This document shows positions 19,749 to 32,580 of a stretch of 64,000 nucleotides of DNA, in pieces. How positions within the stretch are numbered: position 1 is the stretch's first letter; each line of letters starts with the position of its first letter. Source of the DNA: Escherichia coli (GTDB lineage Bacteria > Pseudomonadota > Gammaproteobacteria > Enterobacterales > Enterobacteriaceae); assembly GCF_003334335.1 (NCBI RefSeq), contig NZ_QOWQ01000028.1; one strand, written 5' to 3'. The position numbers were made by a program, and so were the translations under genes. The notes below the pieces were generated by a model, which did no database searches, was not told the origin of the DNA, and saw only the letters and a list, made by a program, of their open reading frames with translations.

Positions 19749-20864
19749 TTAATGACGTTCAGGGAGGTCTGGCGTTTTGGCGGTTGCGGGTATAGGTGGT
19801 CTGACAGGGGAGCGAGGCCTGTTTTTCACCAGGTCTTCGTGAGTAACTTTTGGCGGTGTTTCATTTTTTACAAACAGTTTGAGGGTCCTGCGCGCCATAT
19901 GTTTGATAATTTTATCATCACTTAATGATGCTGGCATCAACACGTCATTCAAATCACTTTCATTGGGATTCATAAATTGGTGATAGTGCAATAACATATT
20001 GGCGAAAAATAAAAACAAGTTCTGAAAATGAGGAGATTCTTGTTCTGCTAAAAGGGATAAAAAGCAGATGCAGACTTCGGGTAGTACATGTTTGTTAGAA
20101 CCTAATGAATCCATCAGGCTTTGCAACAAATCCTCTTTTAATTCGCTGTCCGTTATGTCGAGAATGGCGGTGATCAAGTTAGGATCTTTATTGACGAACC
20201 ATCTGTGAACCTCAGAGTTATTCCATAATCGGGGGAGTATGACAAAATTACCGCGAGAGATAAAATTCAGGACAAGCAAATCAAACTGGCGTAAGTAATC
20301 TGCAGCGGTATGGTGATCCGAAGGCAGGGGTTCAATATGTGGTGTATGCGCTCTTTTGATGGGAACACCAGGGTTGGTCATTGGAAATTGTTCAATAAAA
20401 TCATTCAGAAACAGAAAGAGTACACGCTCGACGCCGGTCTGAAATACGCGCCCCATAGTGACAGGCTTTGGGTTGGGAGCACAAAAAATATTAATTTCTC
20501 CATCATGGCGAAAATTATCTAAATAAATAGGGCTTAAATTTATTACTACCTGAAATTCAATATTTTCTTTGTGTCTTCCATTCCTGGCGGGATAAGTGAG
20601 TTTAAACTGAACCTTTTCATTGTATAGCGTGTCGTTACCCCGAAAAGAAGTCCTCTGAATATATGATAAATTGTCAAGGTTATTAAATATCTTTTTTGTG
20701 GCTGAGTTGATGTTTAAAGACGTGCGCCACTCTTCATTACATATTATTGTACTAAGTGCATCAATAAAATCCTTTAAAACTTCTTTTACCTGCGGTGCAA
20801 TATTACGTACGGGAAAATCATCAGGAAGAGATATGTAATTGCTGATGCTTACTGGCGTAACCAT
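19749..20864 (-). CDS. yneK: Uncharacterised protein, no domain recognised by eye
   Basis: 371 aa ORF in an AT-rich stretch; recognised as YneK. Confidence 0.75.
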   Translation of the reverse strand: MVTPVSISNYISLPDDFPVRNIAPQVKEVLKDFIDALSTIICNEEWRTSLNINSATKKIFNNLDNLSYIQRTSFRGNDTLYNEKVQFKLTYPARNGRHKENIEFQVVINLSPIYLDNFRHDGEINIFCAPNPKPVTMGRVFQTGVERVLFLFLNDFIEQFPMTNPGVPIKRAHTPHIEPLPSDHHTAADYLRQFDLLVLNFISRGNFVILPRLWNNSEVHRWFVNKDPNLITAILDITDSELKEDLLQSLMDSLGSNKHVLPEVCICFLSLLAEQESPHFQNLFLFFANMLLHYHQFMNPNESDLNDVLMPASLSDDKIIKHMARRTLKLFVKNETPPKVTHEDLVKNRPRSPVRPPIPATAKTPDLPERH

Positions 20865-20941
20865 ATTTGCCCCATATAGTCATAAGTCATCGGAACATCA
20901 CTATATAGAGCATATTAACCGCAAGAACTATCAAAAATAGC

Positions 20942-21823
20942 TCATTGATATCCCTGTCTTGCCGAGTCAGGCACATCCAGCAGTTGAATAAATGCCTCGA
21001 GCGGACGTGTTTTCGCACCACGACGCCAGACCAGCCAGGTTGTTAACCAACGCCATTGCTCAGCTAACGGCCACGCTTCAACCTGGTGATGCCCCGGCAT
21101 ACTTTCCAGCATAGAGCGCGGAATAAGCGCAATGCCTGCTCCTGCGATCACACAGGCCAACATTCCGTGATAAGACTCCATCTCATGGATAGTTCCCGGA
21201 GCGGCACCGTCAGCATGAAACCAGCTCTCGAAGTGGCGACGATACGAACAATTGGCGCGGAAGGCATAAATGTTACTGCCATTAACCTGACTGGCACGGG
21301 TTACTGGCGCATATCCTTGTGGCGTGACGATCATCAGTTCCTCGCGGTATACCGGTATCCCGTCGATGGCAGTATGGTTAATGGGTCCATCAATAAACGC
21401 CGCATTCAGTTTTCCCTCCAGTACACCATCCAGCATAGTGCCGGAAGGGCCGGTGGAAAGTGAAAACTGAATTTTGGGATAACGACGGTTGAATTCCGCC
21501 AGCGTGGCTGGAATGCGCACTGCAGCGGTGCTTTCCAGCGAACCAAGAGAAAATAAACCTTGCGGCTCATCGCCAGCGACAACGCTCCGCGCTTCATCCA
21601 CTAACGCGAGAATTTGTTGGCTATAGCGTAAAAAGTTATGCCCGGCAGGAGAGAGACGTAAACGCTGATTCTCGCGAATAAACAGATCAACCCCCAGTTC
21701 TGTTTCCAGCTGGCGCAGACGGGTAGTGAGATTCGACGGCACGCGATGCACTTTTGCTGCAGCCTGGGTTATGCTGCCAGCTTCGGCAACCGCGTTGAAC
21801 ATCTCCAGTTGGGTCAGATCCAT
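20942..21823 (-). CDS. yneJ: LysR-family transcriptional regulator
   Basis: 293 aa; N-terminal HTH; divergent from sad. Confidence 0.85.
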
Positions 21824-21923
21824 AGCATTCTCGATTCGTGAATAAGTGGCTTAATATTATTCATTTTAAAGCAAGAGTAAATCTGCGTATCTTCATACCA
21901 TGACTCATAAAGGAGATACCCCG

Positions 21924-23312
21924 ATGACCATTACTCCGGCAACTCATGCAATTTCCATAAATCCTGCCACGGGTGAACAACTTTCTGTGCTGCCGTGGGC
22001 TGGCGCTGACGATATCGAAAACGCACTTCAGCTGGCGGCAGCAGGCTTTCGCGACTGGCGCGAGACAAATATAGATTATCGTGCTGAAAAACTGCGTGAT
22101 ATCGGTAAGGCTCTGCGCGCTCGTAGCGAAGAAATGGCGCAAATGATCACCCGCGAAATGGGCAAACCAATCAACCAGGCGCGCGCTGAAGTGGCGAAAT
22201 CGGCGAATTTGTGTGACTGGTATGCAGAACATGGTCCGGCAATGCTGAAGGCGGAACCTACGCTGGTGGAAAATCAGCAGGCGGTTATTGAGTATCGACC
22301 GTTGGGGACGATTCTGGCGATTATGCCGTGGAATTTTCCGTTATGGCAGGTGATGCGTGGCGCTGTTCCCATCATTCTTGCAGGTAACGGCTACTTACTT
22401 AAACATGCGCCGAATGTGATGGGCTGTGCACAGCTCATTGCCCAGGTGTTTAAAGATGCGGGTATCCCACAAGGCGTATATGGCTGGCTGAATGCCGACA
22501 ACGACGGTGTCAGTCAGATGATTAAAGACTCGCGCATTGCTGCTGTCACGGTGACCGGAAGTGTTCGTGCGGGAGCGGCTATTGGCGCACAGGCTGGAGC
22601 GGCACTGAAAAAATGCGTACTGGAACTGGGCGGTTCGGATCCGTTTATTGTGCTTAACGATGCCGATCTGGAACTGGCGGTGAAAGCGGCGGTAGCCGGA
22701 CGTTATCAGAATACCGGACAGGTATGTGCAGCGGCAAAACGCTTTATTATCGAAGAGGGAATTGCTTCGGCATTTACCGAACGTTTTGTGGCAGCTGCGG
22801 CAGCCTTGAAAATGGGCGATCCCCGTGACGAAGAGAACGCTCTCGGACCAATGGCTCGTTTTGATTTACGTGATGAGCTGCATCATCAGGTGGAGAAAAC
22901 CCTGGCGCAGGGTGCGCGTTTGTTACTGGGCGGGGAAAAGATGGCTGGGGCAGGTAACTACTATCCGCCAACGGTTCTGGCGAATGTTACCCCAGAAATG
23001 ACCGCGTTTCGGGAAGAAATGTTTGGCCCCGTTGCGGCAATCACCATTGCGAAAGATGCAGAACATGCACTGGAACTGGCTAATGATAGTGAGTTCGGCC
23101 TTTCAGCGACCATTTTTACCACTGACGAAACACAGGCCAGACAGATGGCGGCACGTCTGGAATGCGGTGGGGTGTTTATCAATGGTTATTGTGCCAGCGA
23201 CGCGCGAGTGGCCTTTGGTGGCGTGAAAAAGAGTGGCTTTGGTCGTGAGCTTTCCCATTTCGGCTTACACGAATTCTGTAATATCCAGACGGTGTGGAAA
23301 GACCGGATCTGA
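21924..23312 (+). CDS. sad: NAD(P)-dependent succinate-semialdehyde dehydrogenase (aldehyde dehydrogenase family)
   Basis: Aldehyde dehydrogenase motifs (catalytic Cys in GQVCAAAKR); start at MTITPATHA after AGGAG RBS, 462 aa. Confidence 0.85.
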   Translation: MTITPATHAISINPATGEQLSVLPWAGADDIENALQLAAAGFRDWRETNIDYRAEKLRDIGKALRARSEEMAQMITREMGKPINQARAEVAKSANLCDWYAEHGPAMLKAEPTLVENQQAVIEYRPLGTILAIMPWNFPLWQVMRGAVPIILAGNGYLLKHAPNVMGCAQLIAQVFKDAGIPQGVYGWLNADNDGVSQMIKDSRIAAVTVTGSVRAGAAIGAQAGAALKKCVLELGGSDPFIVLNDADLELAVKAAVAGRYQNTGQVCAAAKRFIIEEGIASAFTERFVAAAAALKMGDPRDEENALGPMARFDLRDELHHQVEKTLAQGARLLLGGEKMAGAGNYYPPTVLANVTPEMTAFREEMFGPVAAITIAKDAEHALELANDSEFGLSATIFTTDETQARQMAARLECGGVFINGYCASDARVAFGGVKKSGFGRELSHFGLHEFCNIQTVWKDRI

Positions 23313-23375
23313 CGCGACATATTCAGCTCTGATATACTCGCAGGTCTTTTCAGACCTGCGGTCCAGGAGTAGAAA

Positions 23376-24302
23376 GTGGCAGTCGCCATGGATAATGCAA
23401 TTTTAGAAAACATCTTGCGGCAAGTGCGGCCGCTCATTGGTCAGGGTAAAGTCGCGGATTATATTCCGGCGCTGGCTACAGTAGACGGTTCCCGATTGGG
23501 GATTGCTATCTGTACCGTTGACGGACAGCTTTTTCAGGCCGGAGACGCGCAAGAACGTTTTTCCATTCAGTCTATTTCCAAAGTGCTGAGTCTCGTTGTC
23601 GCCATGCGTCATTACTCCGAAGAGGAAATCTGGCAACGCGTCGGCAAAGATCCGTCTGGATCACCGTTCAATTCCTTAGTGCAACTGGAAATGGAGCAGG
23701 GTATACCGCGTAATCCGTTCATTAATGCCGGTGCGCTGGTGGTCTGCGATATGTTGCAAGGGCGATTAAGCGCACCACGGCAACGTATGCTGGAAGTCGT
23801 GCGCGGCTTAAGCGGTGTGTCTGATATTTCCTACGATACGGTGGTAGCGCGTTCCGAATTTGAACATTCCGCGCGAAATGCGGCTATCGCCTGGCTGATG
23901 AAGTCGTTTGGCAATTTCCATCATGACGTGACAACCGTTCTGCAAAACTACTTTCATTACTGCGCTCTGAAAATGAGCTGTGTAGAGCTGGCCCGGACGT
24001 TTGTCTTTCTGGCTAATCAGGGGAAAGCTATTCATATTGATGAACCAGTGGTGACGCCAATGCAGGCGCGGCAAATTAACGCGCTGATGGCGACCAGTGG
24101 TATGTACCAGAACGCGGGGGAGTTTGCCTGGCGGGTGGGGCTACCGGCGAAATCTGGCGTTGGTGGCGGTATTGTGGCGATTGTTCCGCATGAAATGGCC
24201 ATCGCTGTCTGGAGTCCGGAACTGGATGATGCAGGTAACTCGCTTGCGGGTATTGCCGTCCTTGAACAATTGACGAAACAGTTAGGGCGTTCGGTTTATT
24301 AA
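23376..24302 (+). CDS. glsB: Glutaminase 2
   Basis: 308 aa ORF with serine-dependent glutaminase fold signature (SISKV); recognised as GlsB (YneH). Confidence 0.85.
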   Translation: MAVAMDNAILENILRQVRPLIGQGKVADYIPALATVDGSRLGIAICTVDGQLFQAGDAQERFSIQSISKVLSLVVAMRHYSEEEIWQRVGKDPSGSPFNSLVQLEMEQGIPRNPFINAGALVVCDMLQGRLSAPRQRMLEVVRGLSGVSDISYDTVVARSEFEHSARNAAIAWLMKSFGNFHHDVTTVLQNYFHYCALKMSCVELARTFVFLANQGKAIHIDEPVVTPMQARQINALMATSGMYQNAGEFAWRVGLPAKSGVGGGIVAIVPHEMAIAVWSPELDDAGNSLAGIAVLEQLTKQLGRSVY

Positions 24303-24661
24303 TGCAGTCTCTCGATCCACTCTTCGCGCGTTTATCCCGTTCAAAATTTCGCTCTCGCTTTCGTCTGGGCATGAAAGAGCGTCAGTATTGCCTGGAGAAA
24401 GGCGCGCCAGTCATCGAACAACATGCGGCGGATTTTGTCGCTAAACGTCTTGCTCCGGCATTACCGGCTAATGACGGTAAGCAAACCCCCATGCGCGGGC
24501 ATCCGGTGTTTATCGCTCAGCACGCCACCGCGACCTGCTGTCGCGGTTGTCTGGCTAAGTGGCATAACATTCCGCAGGGTGTTTCGTTAAGCGAAGAACA
24601 ACAACGTTATATCGTGGCGGTAATCTATCACTGGCTGGTTGTACAGATGAATCAGCCATGA
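24302..24661 (+). CDS. yneG: DUF4186-family protein
   Basis: 119 aa ORF; start overlaps the glsB stop (TAATG). Confidence 0.8.
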   Translation: MQSLDPLFARLSRSKFRSRFRLGMKERQYCLEKGAPVIEQHAADFVAKRLAPALPANDGKQTPMRGHPVFIAQHATATCCRGCLAKWHNIPQGVSLSEEQQRYIVAVIYHWLVVQMNQP

Positions 24662-24772
24662 GAATTGCGGAAAACGACAAAATAGCATTCCCAGGGTACC
24701 TTTATTTGCCGCCGCTGTCAGCGAACATGCTATCTTGGTTCGGTCAGTATTGATAGTCTGGATTTCTGGCCT

Positions 24773-25720
24773 TTGCTTGCGGACTGGTTCAGTGAGCAAT
24801 TCTCAACGGGCGTGTTGATCGTGCCTTGTATGCTGACGTTGGCTATTCCTGGAGTGCTGCCGCGCTTTAAAGCAGAACAGATGATGCCCGCCATCGCGCT
24901 TATTGTGTCGGTTATTGCCTCGGTAGTCATTGGCGGAGCGGGGAGTCTGGCGTTCCCGCTGCCTGCATTAATCTGGTGTGCAGTGCGCTATACGCCGCAG
25001 GTAACATGTCTGTTGACCTTTGTCACCGGTGCGGTGGAAATCGTACTGGTGGCAAATTCGGTGATTGATATCTCGGTCGGTTCGCCGTTCTCCATTCCGC
25101 AAATGTTCTCCGCACGTCTCGGTATTGCCACGATGGCGATATGCCCAATTATGGTTTCTTTTAGCGTGGCAGCGATCAATTCGCTAATGAAGCAAGTTGC
25201 GCTGCGAGCCGACTTTGATTTTCTGACTCAGGTTTACTCACGGTCCGGTCTTTATGAGGCGCTGAAAAGTCCATCGCTGAAACAGACACAACATCTGACT
25301 GTCATGCTGCTTGATATCGACTATTTCAAAAGCATTAACGATAACTATGGACATGAATGTGGCGATAAAGTGTTAAGCGTGTTTGCCCGGCATATTCAGA
25401 AGATTGTCGGTGATAAGGGGCTGGTGGCGCGAATGGGCGGCGAAGAATTTGCTGTTGCAGTGCCGTCGGTGAATCCTGTCGATGGTCTGCTAATGGCGGA
25501 AAAAATCCGTAAAGGCGTTGAACTGCAACCATTCACCTGGCAACAAAAAACGCTTTATCTCACGGTAAGTATTGGCGTCGGTAGTGGTCGCGCATCGTAC
25601 CTAACGCTGACCGATGACTTTAATAAATTGATGGTCGAAGCCGATACGTGTCTGTATCGCTCGAAGAAAGATGGGCGCAACCGTACCAGCACTATGCGTT
25701 ACGGTGAGGAAGTTGTCTGA
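24773..25720 (+). CDS. dgcF: Membrane-anchored diguanylate cyclase
   Basis: N-terminal TM helices plus GGDEF domain with RMGGEEF active site. Confidence 0.85.
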   Translation: MLADWFSEQFSTGVLIVPCMLTLAIPGVLPRFKAEQMMPAIALIVSVIASVVIGGAGSLAFPLPALIWCAVRYTPQVTCLLTFVTGAVEIVLVANSVIDISVGSPFSIPQMFSARLGIATMAICPIMVSFSVAAINSLMKQVALRADFDFLTQVYSRSGLYEALKSPSLKQTQHLTVMLLDIDYFKSINDNYGHECGDKVLSVFARHIQKIVGDKGLVARMGGEEFAVAVPSVNPVDGLLMAEKIRKGVELQPFTWQQKTLYLTVSIGVGSGRASYLTLTDDFNKLMVEADTCLYRSKKDGRNRTSTMRYGEEVV

Positions 25721-25946
25721 CATCTTTATTCATTACGCGCGATTTGAATGCAATGTGTTCTACCACTTTATGATCCAGGAAAAGGCGTTTTTCCTCGATT
25801 AAACCATGATCCGCGCCACACTTTTCTCATAAAACTGCTCATTAATCATCAGGAGTTGATCAAAACAGGGGTTCGGCGTATTAAAGTTTGCTAACCTGTC
25901 GTACCAATTCAAACAGGTTGTATGACTAATCAGAAGGGAACCCATT

Positions 25947-27398
25947 GTGAAAACACTAAATCGTCGCGATTTTCCCGGTGCACAGTATCCAGAACGTATC
26001 ATTCAGTTTGGTGAAGGTAACTTCCTGCGCGCCTTTGTTGACTGGCAAATCGATCTCCTGAATGAGCACACCGATCTGAATTCTGGCGTGGTCGTTGTTC
26101 GTCCGATTGAAACTTCATTCCCGCCGTCACTGAGCACGCAGGATGGTCTGTACACCACCATTATCCGTGGCCTGAATGAGAAGGGGGAAGCGGTCAGCGA
26201 CGCGCGTCTGATTCGCTCGGTTAATCGTGAAATCAGCGTCTACAGTGAATACGATGAATTCCTGAAACTGGCGCACAACCCGGAAATGCGCTTTGTTTTC
26301 TCTAACACCACCGAAGCGGGTATCAGCTACCATGCGGGCGATAAATTCGATGACGCGCCAGCGGTAAGCTATCCGGCAAAACTGACCCGTCTGCTGTTCG
26401 AACGCTTTAGCCATTTCAACGGTGCGCTGGATAAAGGTTGGATCATCATTCCGTGTGAGTTGATTGACTACAATGGCGACGCGTTGCGTGAACTGGTGCT
26501 GCGCTATGCGCAAGAGTGGGCACTGCCAGAAGCATTTATTCAATGGCTGGATCAGGCTAACAGCTTCTGTTCTACGCTGGTGGACCGTATCGTTACCGGT
26601 TATCCGCGCGATGAAGTGGCTAAACTGGAAGAAGAACTGGGTTATCACGATGGTTTTCTCGACACCGCTGAACACTTTTACCTGTTTGTGATTCAGGGAC
26701 CGAAATCCTTAGCGACTGAACTGCGTCTGGACAAATATCCGCTCAACGTGCTGATTGTTGACGATATTAAACCGTACAAAGAACGCAAAGTGGCAATCCT
26801 CAACGGTGCGCACACCGCGCTGGTGCCGGTGGCGTTCCAGGCAGGGCTGGATACCGTAGGTGAAGCGATGAACGATGCTGAAATTTGCGCATTCGTTGAA
26901 AAAGCTATCTACGAAGAAATTATTCCGGTACTGGATTTGCCTCGTGATGAACTGGAATCTTTCGCCAGTGCAGTCACCGGGCGTTTCCGTAACCCGTACA
27001 TTAAGCATCAGCTGCTGTCTATCGCGCTCAACGGTATGACCAAGTTCCGCACCCGCATCCTGCCACAGCTGCTGGCAGGGCAGAAGGCAAACGGCACACT
27101 TCCGGCGCGCCTTACTTTCGCATTAGCGGCATTGATTGCGTTCTATCGTGGTGAGCGTAACGGCGAAACATATCCGGTACAGGACGATGCACACTGGCTG
27201 GAACGTTATCAGCAACTCTGGAGCCAGCATCGTGACCGTGTTATCGGCACCCAGGAACTGGTAGCGATTGTTTTGGCAGAAAAAGACCACTGGGAGCAGG
27301 ACCTGACGCAAGTGCCTGGTCTGGTCGAGCAGGTTGCTAATGACCTGGATGCGATTCTCGAAAAAGGGATGCGCGAAGCTGTACGTCCGTTGTGCTAA
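25947..27398 (+). CDS. uxaB: Altronate oxidoreductase (tagaturonate reductase)
   Basis: 483 aa mannitol-dehydrogenase-family ORF; recognised as UxaB. Confidence 0.9.
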   Translation: MKTLNRRDFPGAQYPERIIQFGEGNFLRAFVDWQIDLLNEHTDLNSGVVVVRPIETSFPPSLSTQDGLYTTIIRGLNEKGEAVSDARLIRSVNREISVYSEYDEFLKLAHNPEMRFVFSNTTEAGISYHAGDKFDDAPAVSYPAKLTRLLFERFSHFNGALDKGWIIIPCELIDYNGDALRELVLRYAQEWALPEAFIQWLDQANSFCSTLVDRIVTGYPRDEVAKLEEELGYHDGFLDTAEHFYLFVIQGPKSLATELRLDKYPLNVLIVDDIKPYKERKVAILNGAHTALVPVAFQAGLDTVGEAMNDAEICAFVEKAIYEEIIPVLDLPRDELESFASAVTGRFRNPYIKHQLLSIALNGMTKFRTRILPQLLAGQKANGTLPARLTFALAALIAFYRGERNGETYPVQDDAHWLERYQQLWSQHRDRVIGTQELVAIVLAEKDHWEQDLTQVPGLVEQVANDLDAILEKGMREAVRPLC

Positions 27399-27415
27399 TA
27401 ACACCGTTACTTCTG

Positions 27416-27443
27416 AACCCGGTTTCGACCGGGTTTCTTATTT
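27416..27443 (+). terminator. Rho-independent terminator after uxaB
   Basis: Stem AACCCGGT/ACCGGGTT then TTCTTATTT. Confidence 0.6.
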
Positions 27444-27604
27444 CACCATATTAGTTACAACATCCTATATGCCTTTATCATTAACAGGTGCCACATGCAG
27501 CGCCTGCTAATGTTGTAAGCTTGTAGGTAATTTGTAAGTAGCGTCTTGAGAATGTGATCTTAATCACGTTTAATAGGGCGACTTTTCCACGCCTGAAGAT
27601 AACC

Positions 27605-28519
27605 ATGATTGTTCGTCCACAACAACACTGGCTGCGCCGTATTTTTGTCTGGCACGGCTCAGTATTATCCAAGATATCCTCGCGCTTACTACTCAATTTT
27701 CTCTTTTCTATCGCTGTTATTTTCATGCTGCCCTGGTACACGCATCTGGGCATCAAATTCACCCTCGCACCGTTCAGCATTCTCGGTGTCGCCATCGCCA
27801 TTTTTCTTGGTTTTCGTAATAATGCCGGGTACGCCCGTTACGTTGAAGCGCGAAAACTTTGGGGGCAGTTGATGATTGCCTCACGGTCGTTACTGCGCGA
27901 GGTAAAAACGACATTGCCGGATTCGGCAAGTGTAAGGGAGTTTGCCCGGCTGCAAATCGCTTTCGCCCACTGTTTACGCATGACATTACGCAAACAGCCA
28001 CAGGCGGAAGTGCTGGCTCATTATCTCAAGACTGAAGATCTTCAGCGTGTACTGGCTTCGAACTCTCCAGCTAACCGTATCTTGTTAATAATGGGAGAAT
28101 GGTTGGCGGTTCAGCGCCGCAATGGACAGCTTTCAGATATCCTGTTTATTAGCCTCAACGATCGGCTTAATGATATTTCAGCGGTCCTGGCAGGATGCGA
28201 GCGCATTGCCTATACGCCAATTCCCTTTGCCTACACCCTGATTTTGCATCGTACCGTTTATCTGTTTTGTATCATGCTGCCGTTCGCGCTGGTCGTGGAC
28301 CTGCATTACATGACGCCTTTTATCTCTGTGCTGATTTCCTACACTTTTATTTCGCTGGATTGTCTGGCGGAAGAACTGGAAGATCCGTTCGGTACTGAAA
28401 ACAATGATTTACCACTGGATGCCATCTGCAACGCTATTGAAATTGACCTGTTACAGATGAACGATGAAGCCGAAATTCCAGCAAAAATTCTTCCCGATCG
28501 TCATTACCAGCTGACGTGA
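27605..28519 (+). CDS. yneE: Bestrophin-family membrane protein
   Basis: ORF 27554..28519; start placed at MIVRPQQHW, giving 304 aa; recognised as YneE. Confidence 0.75.
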   Translation: MIVRPQQHWLRRIFVWHGSVLSKISSRLLLNFLFSIAVIFMLPWYTHLGIKFTLAPFSILGVAIAIFLGFRNNAGYARYVEARKLWGQLMIASRSLLREVKTTLPDSASVREFARLQIAFAHCLRMTLRKQPQAEVLAHYLKTEDLQRVLASNSPANRILLIMGEWLAVQRRNGQLSDILFISLNDRLNDISAVLAGCERIAYTPIPFAYTLILHRTVYLFCIMLPFALVVDLHYMTPFISVLISYTFISLDCLAEELEDPFGTENNDLPLDAICNAIEIDLLQMNDEAEIPAKILPDRHYQLT

Positions 28520-28522
28520 TAT

Positions 28523-29281
28523 TTACTCCATACGCCGGGCAACAATAAACAGACGCGGAAATGCCAGCAGTATCTGTCCGTTCTCTTGCAGTGGATACTG
28601 CTCTTCCAGCATCTGATGGTAGCGCTTAAGAAAAAGCTGCTGTTCGCTCTCGGTCAGATCCTGTAACCACGGACGTAATCCAGTGGCAGTCACCCAATCG
28701 ATAATCGCCTGGTGTGACGGCATCTGGTGATAGTAGGTGGTTCGCCAGATATCGACCTCACATCCGGCTTCGCTCAAAATATCGTAGTAAGCATGAACGC
28801 CAGCCAACGGCTCACGCCCGCGATCCGGGTAGTTTTGTTCCCAGGCAACTTCGCGCATGAGCACATGGGTCGGCTCCAGCCAGTTATCTGGCATCTGTAC
28901 TGCCAGCACGCCCTGCGGATTAAGTAAAGAAACCAGATGAGGAAACAATTCGTAGTGGTCGGGCAGCCATTGCAGTGAGGCATTAGCAAAAATCAGATCG
29001 AGTGCCTGTACCGGTTGCCAGTTGCGGATGTCTGCTTCCACGAACTGGCAGTCTGGCAAAGCACTGCGCGCTTCAGCAATCATCGCCGGAGACGAGTCGA
29101 TGCCTGTTATCCTGGCCGCAGGCCAACGTTGTTGTAGAAGGGCGGTGCTGTTACCTGGGCCACAGCCAAGATCGGCAACATATTCGACATTTTCCAGCGG
29201 CACTCTGGCAAGCAGCTCCACCGCCGGACGCGATCGTTCAGCGGAAAAGTGTAGATATAAAGAGGGGTTCCAGTCAGACAT
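28523..29281 (-). CDS. tam: Trans-aconitate 2-methyltransferase (SAM-dependent)
   Basis: 252 aa ORF with SAM-binding motif DLGCGPG. Confidence 0.9.
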
Positions 29282-29337
29282 TTTTTTACTCCCGTCAGCG
29301 CGTTACCCCAATTGTAGATAAAATTGATAAATTCGCC

Positions 29338-29628
29338 TCACGGCATCAAACCATTGAACAGACGTTTTTTACGCGGCCCGGTCATTAAAGATTCCAGTTT
29401 CGCGACACAGGTTTTGTAGTGGGGCGTGGTTTTATGGAACGCCACTGCGTCTTCATCTTTATAGGCTTCGTAGATATAAAAGCGCGAATTCACTTCCGGG
29501 TCCTGTAAGACATCGAAGCGCAAATTGCCTTCTTCCTGTACAGAGCCCAGGTGGTTCTGGCGAAAAACTTCGATAAACTCGTCAACCTTGTCTTCATGAA
29601 CGTTAATTTCAACCAGTGTGACGTGCAT
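29338..29628 (-). CDS. lsrG: Phospho-AI-2 isomerase LsrG
   Basis: 96 aa ORF at the 3' end of the lsr operon. Confidence 0.9.
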   Translation of the reverse strand: MHVTLVEINVHEDKVDEFIEVFRQNHLGSVQEEGNLRFDVLQDPEVNSRFYIYEAYKDEDAVAFHKTTPHYKTCVAKLESLMTGPRKKRLFNGLMP

Positions 29629-29651
29629 AATTCTTCTCCTTAGATCCGCAG

Positions 29652-30527
29652 TTACTGTTTTTCACTCAGATAGAGTTCATATGCCCGATCAGCCGTTTCG
29701 TTATGGTGAACCACCGCCTGTACGGCTTTCATCATCGCCACCGGATGGTCAGACTGGAAAATATTACGCCCCATATCCACACCAGAAGCGCCCTGATCGA
29801 TAGCCTGCCAGCACATTTCCAGCGCCTCGCGCTCCGGTAATTTTTTACCGCCAGCAATAACAATGGGTACCGGACATCCGGCAACAATCCGTTCAAAACC
29901 TTTTTCGACATAATAGGTTTTGATAATTTGCGCCCCCATTTCAGCGGCGATTCGAGTCGCGAGCGAGAAATAACGCTGATCGCGCACCATATCTTTGCCC
30001 ACGCCAGTCACGGCCATGGTCGGCATTCCCACTTTCATTCCGGCATCAACCAGCTGAATAATATTTTTGATCGACTGATGTTCATATTCGCTGCCGATAT
30101 AAACCTGCGCCGCCACCGCGCAACTGTTCAGGCGCACGGCGTCATCCATCGATAACGCCACGGCTTCATTACTTAATTCCGCCAGAATAGAGTTCGCACC
30201 TGACGCCCGCAGTACCACCGGCCTATTGGTCGCAGGGGGAACTACGCTGCGCAAAATGCCGCGCGTACACATTAATACATCGGCATGTTCAAACAGCGGG
30301 GCGATATTTATATCAATGCGTTCAAGTCCGGTAGTCGGTCCCTGAAAATAACCATGGTCAAAAGCCAGCATCACGGTTTTACCCGTTTTCGGATTAAATA
30401 TCCGCGATAAGCGTGACTGCATTCCCCAATCCAGCGCACCGCAACCTTTCAGGGTAAAAGGGATATTTTTTTGCGGTTGATCGGTACGAAAATCTTTACC
30501 ATCTTTAATATCGTCTAAATCTGCCAT
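29652..30527 (-). CDS. lsrF: Aldolase-family thiolase LsrF
   Basis: 291 aa class I aldolase-like ORF. Confidence 0.9.
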   Translation of the reverse strand: MADLDDIKDGKDFRTDQPQKNIPFTLKGCGALDWGMQSRLSRIFNPKTGKTVMLAFDHGYFQGPTTGLERIDINIAPLFEHADVLMCTRGILRSVVPPATNRPVVLRASGANSILAELSNEAVALSMDDAVRLNSCAVAAQVYIGSEYEHQSIKNIIQLVDAGMKVGMPTMAVTGVGKDMVRDQRYFSLATRIAAEMGAQIIKTYYVEKGFERIVAGCPVPIVIAGGKKLPEREALEMCWQAIDQGASGVDMGRNIFQSDHPVAMMKAVQAVVHHNETADRAYELYLSEKQ

Positions 30528-30553
30528 AACTTACTCCGGTTAAGTAATGCACA

Positions 30554-31576
30554 TCAGAAATCGTATTTGCCGATATTCTCTTTGTTGAATATCACGCGCT
30601 CCGGTAACAGTACGATGCCATTACCATCCGCTTCGTAGTCATAGCCCTGAACGCTGTTTGGCGAGACTTCAACCTGACCTACGCCCTTGATATCCAGCTT
30701 GTCGCCCGTTTTCATTGATCCTTTTTTCAATAATGCATCCGCGACATACACTGAAATTTTGCCTTGCTGAACCACATCCCACAGGCCAAATTCTTTCACC
30801 GTGCCGCGCTCTACATACGGGCGCATCACATTTGGCGTACTGAATCCGACAATCGCTACTTTGTCATTTTTCAAGTTTTCTGCGGCTTGTGCGGCAGCGG
30901 GCAGGGCGTTGGCATCGGGGGCGATAATGGCGTCGAGATCGCTATACGCTTTTAATATTCCTTCTGCGGTTTGTAACGATTTAGTGGCATCGTTATAGCC
31001 AAACTGCGTAGTGACAATTTCCCAGCCTGGATGCTCTTTGGCGATTTTCGCTTTCGCTTCTTTCACCCACTGGTTTTGGTCCGTAACGGTGGGGCTTGAG
31101 TAGAAAAACGCGACTTTGGCTTTGTCTTTATTCACCTGACGCGCCGCCATATCCACCAACATACCTCCTAACTGGGCGGGCGTTCCCTGATTAATGTAGT
31201 AAGAGCGGCACTCCGGTTTAGTATCAGAGTCCCAGGTCAGCACTCTCACACCACGTTGCATGGCGCGTTTCAGTGCCGGACACAAGCCATCAGGCGAAAC
31301 CGCAGAAACGATAATGGCGTTATAACCTTGATTGACGAAGTTATTAATCAACTGTACCTGACCAGAAACACTGGGTTCTGTCGGCCCGTCGTAGGTCACA
31401 TCAACGCCCAGCTCTTTACCCGCTTGTTGTGCGCCGTTGCCACCGCTGGTAAAAAATCCCACGCCAACCAGTTTGGGAATAAATGCAATACGCTCTGCGG
31501 CCTGCACATTCATAGAGATTGCGGCAATGCCAAGAGCGCTAAGTAAGGCGATTTTCTTAAAGCGATGAAGTGTCAT
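30554..31576 (-). CDS. lsrB: Periplasmic AI-2 binding protein LsrB
   Basis: 340 aa ORF with signal peptide, periplasmic-binding-protein fold. Confidence 0.9.
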
Positions 31577-31587
31577 GAAGATATCCT

Positions 31588-32580
31588 TTATGGCAATGGG
31601 TTATTGGCCCGACGCGCCAGCCACTCTTTAATTTGCTGGCGATGCAGGCTAACGGAACGACCTACGACAACGACGATAAGTAGCGCACCGGAAAGGGCGC
31701 TGGACACCTGATTTGGCACTCCTGCCATTTGCAAACCTTGTTGCAAATATCCCACTAATAAAACCGCAATGGCGGTGCCGATAATGGAACCGGAACCACC
31801 ATAAATATTGGCCCCGCCAAGCACCACGGCGGTGATGGCGGGCATCAGAAACGACGCACCGAGATCGGAACGTGCTGAACCAAAATACGATACCAGCAGC
31901 ACAGCGGCGACCGCAGACGCCAGCCCCGTCATGGCATAGAGCGCACATAAGGTACGGTTAACTGGAATCGCGCTATAAAGCGCCACGCGCGGGCTTTGCC
32001 CAATCAAAAACACATTACGTCCGGCATGGGTTTTATGCAGCCAGAGCCAGAAAACGAGGAGACATATCAGGAAGATAATCAGCGGAACGGGGAGTCCCAG
32101 CACATCCAGGTTAGCGAAATCTGTAAACGCCATCGGGAATCCACCAATACCTTCGTACCCCGTCGCTCCGGCCATACCGGAAAGCAGCAGAGCGCTTCCG
32201 GCAAACAGATACAGCGTGCCAAGCGTAATCACCAGCGGGTTAACTTTGGTATAGATAATTAATCCGGCGTTGATCAGCCCGCACAATGCGCCGAGCAGTA
32301 AGGTCAGGAGTATCGCCAGCGGCATCGGCACACCACTTTGAAACAGTACGCCCAATGCAATGGCGCAGAGGCCGATGGTCGAACCAAACGAAATATCGAT
32401 CCCGCCACTGACAATCACCATCGTTAGCGGTAGGGCGACAATGCCAATGCAGATAAAGTCACTGGTGCTGAACAGCAACATATTGAGATCTAACATTCGC
32501 GGGTTAATTGCACCAAATGCGACAATCTCAATAACGAGCAGTGCGGCAAGAGCCAGTTCCCAACCGTAGCGAATACGCAT
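31588..32580 (-). CDS. lsrD: AI-2 ABC transporter permease LsrD
   Basis: 330 aa multi-TM permease. Confidence 0.9.
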
